A DNA stretch of 64,000 bases from Octopus bimaculoides (lineage: Eukaryota): assembly GCF_001194135.2 (NCBI RefSeq), contig NC_069007.1:1994211-2058210 (forward strand), written 5' to 3'. Made by a program: the position numbers and the translations under genes. The number at the start of each line of letters is the position of its first letter. Positions within the stretch are counted from its first letter, which is position 1. This document shows positions 1-11,744 of the stretch, piece by piece. The notes under the pieces are model-generated. The model was not told the DNA's origin, ran no database searches, and saw nothing but the letters and a program-made list of their open reading frames with translations.

Positions 1-285
1 ATTTTCTGTTTTCGAAAACTTTCGATATATTCCTCTTGGCATAAATATACATTAGAAATTTGAATTACTTGATAGACTATGAGATGCAAATTATCTTGAA
101 TTCGTATACTTTTGCATTAAAATACTATTCCCTCCTAATTTTATTAAATAAATATACATATCATTAATGTCAAACTTTTATTAAGGAAGAAAGCAATTTC
201 TCCTTTGAGGCGTACGTATTATACATTATTATATCTTACTCTCATTGCCCTTCTACAATAACTCATTTGAATTTCTGTAATGTGC

Positions 286-320
<35 letters not shown>

Positions 321-1974
321 NNNNNNNNNNNNNNNNNNNNNNNNNNNNNNNNNNNNNNNNNNNNNNNNNNNNNNNNNNNNNNNNNNNNNNNNNNNNNNNN
401 NNNNNNNNNNNNNNNNNNNNNNNNNNNNNNNNNNNNNNNNNNNNNNNNNNNNNNNNNNNNNNNNNNNNNNNNNNNNNNNNNNNNNNNNNNNNNNNNNNNN
501 NNNNNNNNNNNNNNNNNNNNNNNNNNNNNNNNNNNNNNNNNNNNNNNNNNNNNNNNNNNNNNNNNNNNNNNNNNNNNNNNNNNNNNNNNNNNNNNNNNNN
601 NNNNNNNNNNNNNNNNNNNNNNNNNNNNNNNNNNNNNNNNNNNNNNNNNNNNNNNNNNNNNNNNNNNNNNNNNNNNNNNNNNNNNNNNNNNNNNNNNNNN
701 NNNNNNNNNNNNNNNNNNNNNNNNNNNNNNNNNNNNNNNNNNNNNNNNNNNNNNNNNNNNNNNNNNNNNNNNNNNNNNNNNNNNNNNNNNNNNNNNNNNN
801 NNNNNNNNNNNNNNNNNNNNNNNNNNNNNNNNNNNNNNNNNNNNNNNNNNNNNNNNNNNNNNNNNNNNNNNNNNNNNNNNNNNNNNNNNNNNNNNNNNNN
901 NNNNNNNNNNNNNNNNNNNNNNNNNNNNNNNNNNNNNNNNNNNNNNNNNNNNNNNNNNNNNNNNNNNNNNNNNNNNNNNNNNNNNNNNNNNNNNNNNNNN
1001 NNNNNNNNNNNNNNNNNNNNNNNNNNNNNNNNNNNNNNNNNNNNNNNNNNNNNNNNNNNNNNNNNNNNNNNNNNNNNNNNNNNNNNNNNNNNNNNNNNNN
1101 NNNNNNNNNNNNNNNNNNNNNNNNNNNNNNNNNNNNNNNNNNNNNNNNNNNNNNNNNNNNNNNNTATAGATCGCCAGATAGATATATTCATCCACAAATG
1201 TGTATGCCTTTGTATTTCATGTATATTCACATATGCATGTGTACCTATATACATGACTACTTACACACACACACACACATACATACATATATATATAAGT
1301 ATACACGTACATACACAAACACACGTACATACACATACATACCTATGCATTTACTTATGTGTGATGTTTTAATTCGAATTTAATTTCATTAGATCTTTTT
1401 TTTCATTTGCTTCCAGAAATGTTCTACGCATTCATCCAATTAAATTAATAATTAATGTAATTCTCAGAATATTGGTAGATTCTTATTGCCGGAATCTAGA
1501 TCCATCCAGAGATTTAACCCCAAGGAGTTTATATATCGAAATATGGCTGGAATACAAATCCTGGAAGGCGATTCTCTCGAATCTAAATTAGTAATTCTAT
1601 TAAAATCTTCAACAGAATCTAAAGAATTGCTTCTTTTTTATCATATCTCCAATAATTTTTGAATTTTTAGTTTTAATATATTATTTTGCTTTTAATTTAT
1701 TTTTGTCGTTTATATTGACATATTTATTTAGAAACAAAAGGCAAATATATTCATACCTTATAAAATCAATGAGTACAATTCCAGTTGAGGGTATCTTCTT
1801 TCTAACTGTATTAATTGGTTCTTAATGTTTTAATATCACCACTAATACTGCGCGCGCCTGTGGTGAATATTGGTCTATTCTAAGAGACATCATCCAATTA
1901 TTTACAAAAAAAAAAAAAGCCATATTCATTTCTTGTGCATCTATTGAACAGCTTTAAACTGGCCTCACTTTAAT

Positions 1975-2280
1975 TTCTATTCCTAGCAGGTTTCTTGACC
2001 AGCGTTGAAACGGTAACCAGTCACTTGGTATTTCTTACAAATGTATTGATTGATATTGAAACGCTGGCCATTTGGCTGCTATTTCTTGCATATATATTAA
2101 CCGCTCTTTAAAACGGTAGTCATTTGGCTGCTATACCCTAATTTACCACCTATAAACCGCTATTCAATTCGTTACTACCTCTAACAGTTCCATTCACCAC
2201 TCTTTATGGCCTGCTATTTCTAGCACGTCTATTGACTGCTCTTTAAAGCATTAGTCATTTGGCTGCTATTTCTAACAATT
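1975..2280. repeat. Degenerate ~50-bp tandem repeat (motif CATTTGGCTGCTATTTCT)
   Basis: CATTTGGCTGCTAT recurs near 2070, 2121 and 2256, with weaker variants near 2020 and 2207. Confidence 0.6.
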
Positions 2281-2441
2281 TGAAGGTATATCAGTGATCA
2301 TATTTCGGTATGTAGTTTGATTTTCAATCCAGAAAATATTCATAATCCAGCGAAGCTTGTTGTTTCTTAGTATTTTCTGCGACTAGTCGGAACCTGGACT
2401 GTACGAGAGAGCTCTTGCGGTGTGCACCTGGATTATTTATC

Positions 2442-2874
2442 CTTTTCTACTCTAGGCACAAGGCCCGAAATTTGGGGGAGGGAGCCAGTCGATTATATCG
2501 ACTCCTGTACGCAAACTGGTACTTAATTTATCGACCCCGAAAGGATGAAAGGCAAAGTCGACCTCGGTGGAATTTGAACTCACAACGTAGCGGCAGACGA
2601 AATAACGCTAAGCATTTCACCCGGCGTGCTAACGTTTCTTATTTCTTTATTGCCCATAAGGGGCTAAACATAGAGGGCACAAACAAGGACAGACACAGGC
2701 ATTAAGTCAATTAAATCGACCCCAGTGCATAACTTGTACTTAAATTATGGACCCCGAAAGGATGAAAAGCAAAATCGACCTCGGCGGAAATTGAACTCAG
2801 AACGTAACGGCAGACCTAATACCGCTAAGTATTTCGCCCGGCATGCTAACATTTCTGCTAGCTCGCCGCCTTCG
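2442..2874 (-). mobile_element. Dimeric tRNA-derived SINE (family C dimer)
   Basis: Two related monomers head-to-tail on the minus strand, each with a B-box-like GAGTTCAA(A/T)TTCC and a central GTCGACTTTGCCTTTCATCCTTTCGGGGTCGATAAA-type motif. Flanked by the 15-bp direct repeat CCTGGATTATTTATC (2427-2441; 2875-2889). Confidence 0.9.
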
Positions 2875-4106
2875 CCTGGATTATTTATCACTATATACTC
2901 GTTCGCACTTATATATTTAATGTGTACGTGTGTGTGTGTTTGTGTATGAGTGTTAACTTGTGCTGCAATGTATGTTTTTAAATACCACTGTACCTCTTCA
3001 AAAAGTGTGAATGTTTACATGCTTAAACGCCGATGTATTACGATAAACGCTAATGTTCCTCGTAATAAATGAAGCTATTTCGATCCTTAAGTGCCTTAGT
3101 CTCTGCCAACGACAAACTCTATTTCGGTACACAAATGGTTAGATATCGTTTTGAAGTTACACGTTCGCTGTACACATTTGCGCAAACTCAATAAATTCGA
3201 AAAACGTATGTCTGAATTGCAGAAGACATTTGTAAAAGCCATTAGACATACGTGGATGAAATGACGAATACTTTACTTGCTCAGGTAATGTGACGAAATA
3301 ATCTGAATCACTGGTATGAGAAATGCCAGGATAAAATATAATACAACAGAACATTATGTGTATATGTGAGTACTTGGACATAAATGTCAGCATGGTAGCA
3401 TATATATTATCAAACAAATTGCCTTCACAAGGAACTATATTGCAACGATTGGAATCTGCTATGCAAGCGATGAAAATACTTGTCAATTATATTATTCGAT
3501 TTCTCCATATATCACCAAGGTAAAAGCAGGGCATCGGGGAGTCATCTAGGTCGTTGTTCGTGCAGCTAGAAATAACAACCGAATTAGCCCTTAAATATTT
3601 CACTTCAAAATGACGTGGATTATACTGGATTCTTAGTTCTGTTGCTCACAACTTGATTATTCAACTTGAACAATTTGAACAAACTTGAACACTTGTTCAG
3701 GTTGAATGAAATTTAGATTTGGTGACATGAAATATATTACCATTAATTATTATGTATCTACAATGTATAACTTTTGGGAAAATCTTCGGAATTAACTAAG
3801 AAATTGTTTGTAACTCATACTCCATGTCTAACTAGTGTAACGGCTAAATAGTAAGATATTGCTTCTGTCACTATAAGTATGCATAAAAATGCACCAACTT
3901 GTATAAATACACATTCGTAATTCTCTTTCTCCTCTCTTGCACTCACTCTCTCTCTCTGACACATACACACGTGCATAAACGTACGCGCCGAATAGCGTCA
4001 TAAGGCAGCAATTGGATACATACACGCAATTAAAATTTACATCCAGCCGTGAGTAAATTTTCTCCATTGCCCCAGTTCACTCAGCTGTCGATAATGTGTG
4101 GGGCTT

Positions 4107-4192
4107 GTACTTAAAAGAGCCAGCCTTGTCATATGAATTTCCCTCAGAACTACGTTGACAGGTAAGCATGTCTGGAGTACTCAACCACTTCC
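4107..4192 (+). mobile_element. Degenerate internal fragment of SINE family A
   Basis: CAGCCTTGTCA...GAACTACGTT...GGAGTACTCAACCACTT aligns by eye to the body of the copy at 12106-12485. Confidence 0.6.
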
Positions 4193-4704
4193 AGATTGTT
4201 CTGTTAATGATGTCAGTTGGATCTCTTGACGTCGTAGCCGACGAAGTGCCAGCTAATATTTTTGTGCATGTATTCCTGTTTTGTGAGAGGTAGTAGTTTA
4301 TACCAAAGAGAAAGCGTACTGCCGACTGGGTGTAGGTTTTTAATTAAATCCATTCTGCTGATACCTTGAAATGCTACGCGGTTCCTAACTATGGTTTCAT
4401 CCATAAAACCACTATTGATGAATGATTTAGAGGGAAAACTAAAACATTATAATAAAAGATGGTATCATATCCCCGCTGTTTTATTGGATAATGCATGTTA
4501 CAGAACCTATTATGTGAAAGGAATGGAATGGGATTCCTTGTGTTTGAAAAATCAAATTCTATTTTATGTTTAAGCTGTATAATGTGTGAGGAATTTCTCA
4601 GTAACTACTATCCGCTTTTGTATCAGCTACTATGTATATCGTAGCTTGAATGTTTGACGACTGTATTTTTGTGAGTCATCATTGATGAATGGAAGTAGTT
4701 CATG

Positions 4705-4820
4705 TGAGGGTGCATGGTCTAGAGGATAAGATACCACATACGTGATCGCCAGTCATGGTTTCATTTCTCGTACCTGGTGGTGTATTGTGTTCCTGAGTAA
4801 AGCAATTCTTTTCACGTTGG
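4705..4820 (+). mobile_element. Degenerate tRNA-derived SINE head (family D-like)
   Basis: A-box-like TGGTCTAGAGG, B-box-like GGTTTCATTTC, then TTGTGTTCCTGAGTAAAGCAATTCTTTTCACGTTG, similar to 34845-35050. Confidence 0.5.
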
Positions 4821-5910
4821 TCTGTGTTCCTTTCGAGACTTGACGTTTTGTACGCTTCGCAACTCATACGACTGCGTCGATTTGATGGATGCAGAGAGGA
4901 CGCTAATGTACAGTACATACATTCGATTCCTAGAAATATATCCTTTGTGCAGGTTGTTGAGAAAGAAATTGCAGAACCGTTTTTTTCAGACTGCGAGAGA
5001 CCGCCACCAGTCTTCTAATTTGCGATATCAATGACCAGCCCCAGTATACACAGATATTGTTTACCGTTGCATATAATTTACATTTTCAACCATTATTACA
5101 ATATGCATTATGAGTTCATTCTAGAGCGTCATCTTTTTTTTGGGGGGGGGGATTCTAAACAGTTTTATTCCTAATGTTGTTTGGCCGCATTTTATTTAAG
5201 GACTCCTCATTTGTTCTATTTTCCTTAATCGATTTTACTATTTCAACACCATTTATTAGTTTCACATTTTCCTTCACCAGTTTCATTTATTTTCATTGTT
5301 AAATATGTGCAGTTTCGATTAGGGAAGTATTATCGATTTCCGATGGAAAATTCAACAATTATTGCAATGTTAACAAGTAATGATATCAAGCAAAATATAC
5401 GGGCAGACTTTGTGTATTTTGTAATTTATATTTTGATAACCATCAATTGATAAAATTTACTCATAAATTTTCTAACTTAACGATATACATTACCAGTTCA
5501 ACACCGTCCACGTCACAATCTCATTAAGATAGTTAAGTAAATTATCATAATCACAATAATAAGAACAATCATATTAATAGTAAATAAAAGAATTATTCAT
5601 CACTCCATTAATATATAATCTTTTTAATTATTATAAGTATCCTTTATAAGACACTATTCAGTATGTAGTCGCATATTTATCTACTATATTTGTCTGTAAT
5701 AATAAAAGTATTAAATTTACGCCGATATACGTCGAGTTAAATTTAGTAATGAAAAAATACGATAGAGACATGCAATCAATGGACTATATGCTGCAATGGT
5801 AACACTAATACTAGGTATGAACGTAGACAAGGGATGTACTCTTTAATACATTCCAAACCTTTGCCGCCAGAGGCTCCCAATTCCCAATACTAAATGTTGT
5901 TGCAACATTT

Positions 5911-6286
5911 TGTTGTTGTTGTTGGCACTCGGTCGCTTACGACGTCGAGGGTTCCAGTTGATCCGATCAACGGAACAGTCTGCTCATGAAATTACGTGCA
6001 AGTGGCTTAGCAATCCACAGACACGTGTACCCTTAACGTAGTTCTCGGGGATATTCAGCGTGACAAAGTGTGTGACAAGGCTGACCCTTTGAATTACAGG
6101 CACAACAGAAACAGGAAGAAAGAGTGAGAAAGTTGTGGTGAAAGAGTACAGCAGGGTTCGCCACTATCCCCTGCCGGAGCCTCGTGCAGCTTTAGGTGTT
6201 TTCACTCAATAAACACTCACAACGCCCGGTCTGGGAATCGAAACCGCGAATCCGCTGAACTAACCACTGGGCCATTGCGCCTCCAC
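5911..6286 (-). mobile_element. tRNA-derived SINE family A, near full length
   Basis: Reverse complement of the 12106-12485 copy with a small deletion in the tRNA head. (CAA)n tail and 13-bp TSD TGTTGCAACATTT (5898-5910; 6287-6299). Confidence 0.9.
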
Positions 6287-9200
6287 TGTTGCAACATTTA
6301 GTACGTTAGTAATTCATTTGCTTCCTTCTTCAAAATATGGCAACGATAAATGTGTTAGCATTTATCTGCTATGGAAGAGTCCAACGAAACAATAGTCGAT
6401 GAAATGATGCAAAAACTAAAACCCTGAGTTTGCTATATTCCGCGAAAACAAAGCATGAACAATATACCCTAACCTGGCCGCAGTCCACAGTTAAAACTAG
6501 ATTTAAACCGTGAAAAATCTATATCATGTGACATAGATGACACAGATACGAGAGTAATGACACCTATCGATGTGTACCGAGAGAATTTCTCCAAACATAT
6601 CGTATATAAATTGATAAAAGTTTAAGAGAATGCGAGGACAGACAACGGAGATAAAACAAAATTCGAAAAATATTTGTCTCATGTTTATTTTTCAATTCTT
6701 TCTTTTTCAGTTTTTATTTCTATGTTGTTGCTAGAAAAGCTGGTGATTTCATGTTGACGCTCTTCATAATTTTGTGTAGTATATTTTGTGACAGTTTTAA
6801 TATATTCTATACTCTATTTTCTGTATAGTTCGTGTTGTTTAATATAGTCTTCGTTTATTTTCATATATTCTAAACGTTGTTTTTTACTGTTTTCGTGTTT
6901 TTACACATATATATATATATCATTTTTCATTTATTTCGTCAATGTTATGAATAAGAAACATGTAGACGGGAAAAATGTTTAAAAAAAAAACAGAAAACCG
7001 AAAAGAAAAAGAAAAAAATAGACAAAAAAATTTTATTTCCAATCTTTAAATATTTACGACAGCAACTTTCTTCGTAAATCAGTAACGTTGCCAAAGACTG
7101 AGTCCAAACAGCAATACACACACACACACATATATATATATACACCCATATATATATATATGCATATATATATATATACATACACATATATAAATATATG
7201 CGCACATATATTTCCAAGCGCACTCACATATACATACATATATATATATATGCATATATATATATACACATATATATGTAATTATATGTATGTGTGTGTA
7301 TGTACGCACACGTTTGGCTCTGTGTGGGGGGATGGGTCGTATTGAGAGAGAGAGAGTGCGAAATAGACATAGAGAGATATAGTGAGAGTGATAGACAACT
7401 ATAATGAAACAATAAAATTTAACAGAAAAAAGAGACAATGAAATGGTGAAAGAGGAAGACAGAAGCAAACATAGAGAGGAAGAAAGAAATAATGGTATGA
7501 TGGAAGCCTTCCTTGATGAAGAAGCCGTAAATATATCAAGTAGAAGAAGAAGAAGAAGAAAATATGTAAACAAGAAGTGAATACGTTTTTCATTAGATTT
7601 TGGCGTTAAAAGTCAACAGGGAAACTAATAATAACAATATCATAGAGTTTTAAATAGAATGTGTAAGTGATATATGTAGTCGGAAGACGGGCTAGAAATA
7701 GAAACCAAATTTACGTTAATGGATACACTGCTACGGTAAAGAAAAATATATTAAGGGCAGATTGGGAATGTATTTTTAAATGCTGTATTTAAATATTCTG
7801 GATGGCAATGCCTAGAATACAGTATAACATAAATTGTACTGATTTATGAAGTTTAGGACATTTGAATCGGCTATTTAGAATGGTTTATTAAATCTGGAAT
7901 CGCATTTGGATATTTCACTATTAACGGGTCATATCAACACTTTTATCTGACGAGCCAGGGAATGTTCTTTATTGTTGAAACGAGGAATGGAAAGGTATCC
8001 AGCATAAAGGTGTTATGCGTTTACTATTCTGTCTTTGGAGTTTAGATATGCAGAAGGTATCGAAAAATTATTCGCAGGTAAAGAATTTAGAGTTGATATT
8101 TTTATTAAGATTCCTCTCCATTTCTTCGTTACTCCAGTTAGCACACAGGAGAGCCACTTAAAACGGATACAAAGCTATTATAAATGGATAGAGAAAAATT
8201 CATTCATAATAACAATGCGATATATAGCTGTTAACTTACATATGCTTACATTTACATATATATATATATATACTTGTTAAACATTACGGCAAGGCAAACA
8301 TCTCAAGTCATATACAATAATTATTATTTAAAAATAGGGAAAATGAGAATGGTATATAGTAATGGGATGACGACATACAGAGAGTAAAAGAATAAGGGGG
8401 TGAAAAGAAGGAAGAAAAAAGAAGCATAAATGTTCATGGTTCAACTTTCTGAAGTTGTAGAAAGAAGAGCATGAGTTCTTATGTGCATTCCTGCGTAGAT
8501 CCATGAACGCAAGCCCTTATGCGCAACTTTGCTTATATCCATGTCAGTTAAAGTCCTGATATAGTAGACATCGAAAGAAAAAAACGCGAACATATCAACG
8601 TTCAATAACAGAATGGTAACGGAAGTGGCTATTAAGTGGTAAAAGGAAAGAAAAGAAAAGAAATAGAAAGAGAGGTAAATAGAATGAGGGAAGGGGATAT
8701 TTTAAGGATTGACTATAGGATAAAGTAAGCTGCATAGGTGTATTGTGTATAAGAACTGTGTACGGAGTAGCCGAGACGAGAGAAGAAGAGGAGGTAGAGG
8801 AAGAGAGGGTAAAAAAAAAGAGCAAAATGAAAAGAATGTAAAGAGAGTAGTAGAAGTCTAAACTTGTTTGGGAGTAAATTTAGTAGTAATTGTTTGTGTC
8901 CGTTCTGGCTAAGGTCAGTGGCTGTAAAGTTATTTTTAGCAATGGGGTTATGGGGCTATGGGTATGTAGGTAGTTGAGAATGGAAGGGCTGAATTTTTTA
9001 TGAGTGGGAGTAAGAGTTAGGGTGTTTATATTAGGGGATTTATTGGGTTAAGGTTTAAAAATAAATTAAGGATAGATTAAAGAGTTAATATTTATCTCAT
9101 AGTGTGATGAGGTAACATAGATGGAAATGAGGTAAGCCATAAGGAAGAAATATGCGTTATAGAGACATAGAAGGGGTATGTGTTAATGATCATGGGGTAT

Positions 9201-9322
9201 GTATATGGATGCTATTCGCGGGAGGGGAGGCGAGCTCTATTTACGGGTCAAACGATATTACTCTTGGCGTTTCCTCTTTTCGATCATTGTTATCTTCTCC
9301 CGATGGCTGTGGCCTTCTCTGC

Positions 9323-9948
9323 GGATCTATTTTAAAACGGGGGCACCAGTATTTTCTTAACGATACACTTTGAAACTTGGGACACTGGTAGAATGTGTCA
9401 TATAAAACATCTTTTACTCTTAGTCTTCTTAACAAAAAAAAGGAATTCGCAAGTTATTCCATGTTAAAGTTGTCGTATTTCTGTAATTTCAACCAATCAC
9501 TGACGTCTATTCAGCACAATAGAGTTACTGCTGGGCGGTCATAAAAATGTTATTCCCTGTGACATATTTCATCCGGTTTAATCGTAATTTATACGCATAT
9601 ATTGTTTATATAATAAATTACGCTGTGCGTATCTATGTGTGTAACAATTTTAGAATTCGGATTCTAGAGTTAGGGTTACGGTTACGGTTAACAGTCTAGT
9701 TAGGGTTAGGGGATTAATACGATATACACCGTTACAGCGCTAACTGTTTTCAACTGAATAGACGTCAGTGATTAGTAGAAATTATCGAAATAAGACAATT
9801 TTTTACATGAAATAAATTCGAATTCAAAAATATTTTTCTGTTCTATAACACAAAATAGATAAGTATACGAAGTTTGAAAGTCTTTCCGTACCAAAAACAC
9901 TACGTAAAACATAAATGAAAACTGGCGCCCCCGTTTTAAAATAGATCC
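9323..9948. mobile_element. Non-autonomous foldback-like TIR DNA element with internal TTAGGG-like repeats
   Basis: Termini GGATCTATTTTAAAACGGGGGCACCAGT and ACTGGCGCCCCCGTTTTAAAATAGATCC are inverted repeats. Perfect inner 20-bp IR at 9495-9514 / 9754-9773. A second copy starts at 51014. No clear TSD. Confidence 0.85.
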
Positions 9949-10319
9949 TTTTGATCTATACTCCACACTAACAGCAAGTATCATACGGCGGTGAATATGT
10001 ATGTGTGTCCTAGGATTAAAGGGTAGTTCAGTATCTGCACTGTCCCCTATTTTACAGACCCTTCAATTAAGCATGTCGTAGATGGGTTTCTGGATGTTTC
10101 CATCGTTAACATCATTTTTTCTTAAAGGCTACAAATTCATCAAGTAACGGAACGTCACATTTGGTTACGCTTCTCTAACTCCTATCGGCGATGCGTGTAT
10201 ATGTGGGTGCGTGTGTTTATGCGCATGTCTATGTATGCATGTATCTGTGTACATATATGCATATAAAAATTTGTATATGTGTGTATGTATATAAATATAT
10301 GTATATTTTATATGCATAC

Positions 10320-10368
<49 letters not shown>

Positions 10369-10409
10369 CATAAACATACAAACGTCTATATATATATATA
10401 TATATATAT

Positions 10410-10453
<44 letters not shown>

Positions 10454-11155
10454 AGAGGAATACATATGTATTTATTCATGCTTATGGATAAAAACATGCA
10501 ATTATATATACATGTGTGTGAATGTGTGCATATATATGTGCATGCATTTCAATATCGATATATGCGAAATAATTGCAACATACATACATTCTAGAATGCA
10601 TAAATACATATGTGTGTATGGTGTGTGTGTGTGTGTGTGTGCGTGCACATGCTAGTGTCTCTGCTTACGTTATTGTTTTATATCTAAGTGTATTTGAGAA
10701 AAAATAAAAAAGAAAACTGAAGCGATATCATCTCACAAGAATAAAAGAATAAATTAGTAAAATTACAATTTGATTCGATGAAAATAAGTCGAAGTTAGAC
10801 CGAAAAGGAGAGCGAAAGGAAAACATATTCTGTGATTCTTCATTTTTTTGGCATCAACATTTCATTTTTTTTTAAACTGATCGTCTAAATATACGTATGA
10901 TTGACAGGTAACAGATCAAGCATACAGATAGCACACCTTATTTGGGTCAACCTTAGACCAATGTTATATTCTTCATGTCATTTAAATGAAAGTTTGTTGG
11001 CCGGATTCCAATTTCTATTCCAAGAGCTCGATATTGGTAAATAAACAAAAGGATAAGAAAAAGATTCTCGACTTTTTTTATGTAAATATGAAGATGATGA
11101 TCTAAAGCTAATAAATAGCAAATATATAACATAAAATTTGAAATATATATGTATA

Positions 11156-11195
<40 letters not shown>

Positions 11196-11317
11196 AACAC
11201 ATGTATGTATGCACATATATACAAACACATGTATGTATGCACATATATACACATATGTATATACCTATACACTATATAGAGATATATCAATATATACACA
11301 CATATACAGATAGACAG

Positions 11318-11348
<31 letters not shown>

Positions 11349-11384
11349 GTTCAAAAAAACAATAACAAAAAAACAAAAAAACAA

Positions 11385-11590
11385 CAAAGTGAGGACGTGA
11401 TATGGATAGTATTATTGGACGCTCAGGAAAGGAAAGAGAGAGTGTGTATGACGTTTCGGGCGTAGCCCTTCGTCGGAAAGATGGAAAGTTCGGAGAATGG
11501 AAGAACGGAGAAAGAGGAAAATGGTACCGATGCCCACGAGGTTACATTATGAAAAGACCGGAAGAGGAGGTGGTGGGGGAAAAGTTCATA
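11385..11590 (-). mobile_element. Penelope-like terminal repeat fragment with a hammerhead-ribozyme-like motif (11446-11480)
   Basis: Minus strand reads CUUU-CCGACGA-A-GGGC-UAC-GCCC-GAAA-CG-UC-AUAC. Downstream TTCCTGAGCGTCCAATAATACTAT loosely resembles the flanks of the 41.3 and 43.9 kb copies. Confidence 0.6.
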
Positions 11591-11744
11591 CATATATCTT
11601 TAAGTTCGTTTACAAAAAATGTTTTGAATATGCATATGAATGCTCTGGGATCGCAACGTACTGTGACGATACAATGCAGGATAGACATAGTAATAAAAAT
11701 GATAATTCTTGAACGATTATTATCATTATTATTGCTTTTGCGCA

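Noticed and set aside
253-1383. Long ORFs spanning N-runs (also at 19.1-19.9, 20.4-21.6, 31.5-32.6, 39.8-40.9, 47.5-48.8, 51.3-51.7 and 52.6-53.9 kb)
   Set aside because: They are open only because N codons contain no stops. These are assembly gaps, mostly at (TA)n tracts.
6945-7573. YIYI/CVCV/THTH/ERER ORFs here and throughout the window
   Set aside because: Translations of (TA)n, (TG)n, (CA)n and (GA)n microsatellites, which are stop-poor by construction.
7684-7790. QIYVNGYTATVKKNILRADWEC resembling a FLYWCH/MULE motif
   Set aside because: Too short, ends in a stop, and no supporting transposase sequence nearby.
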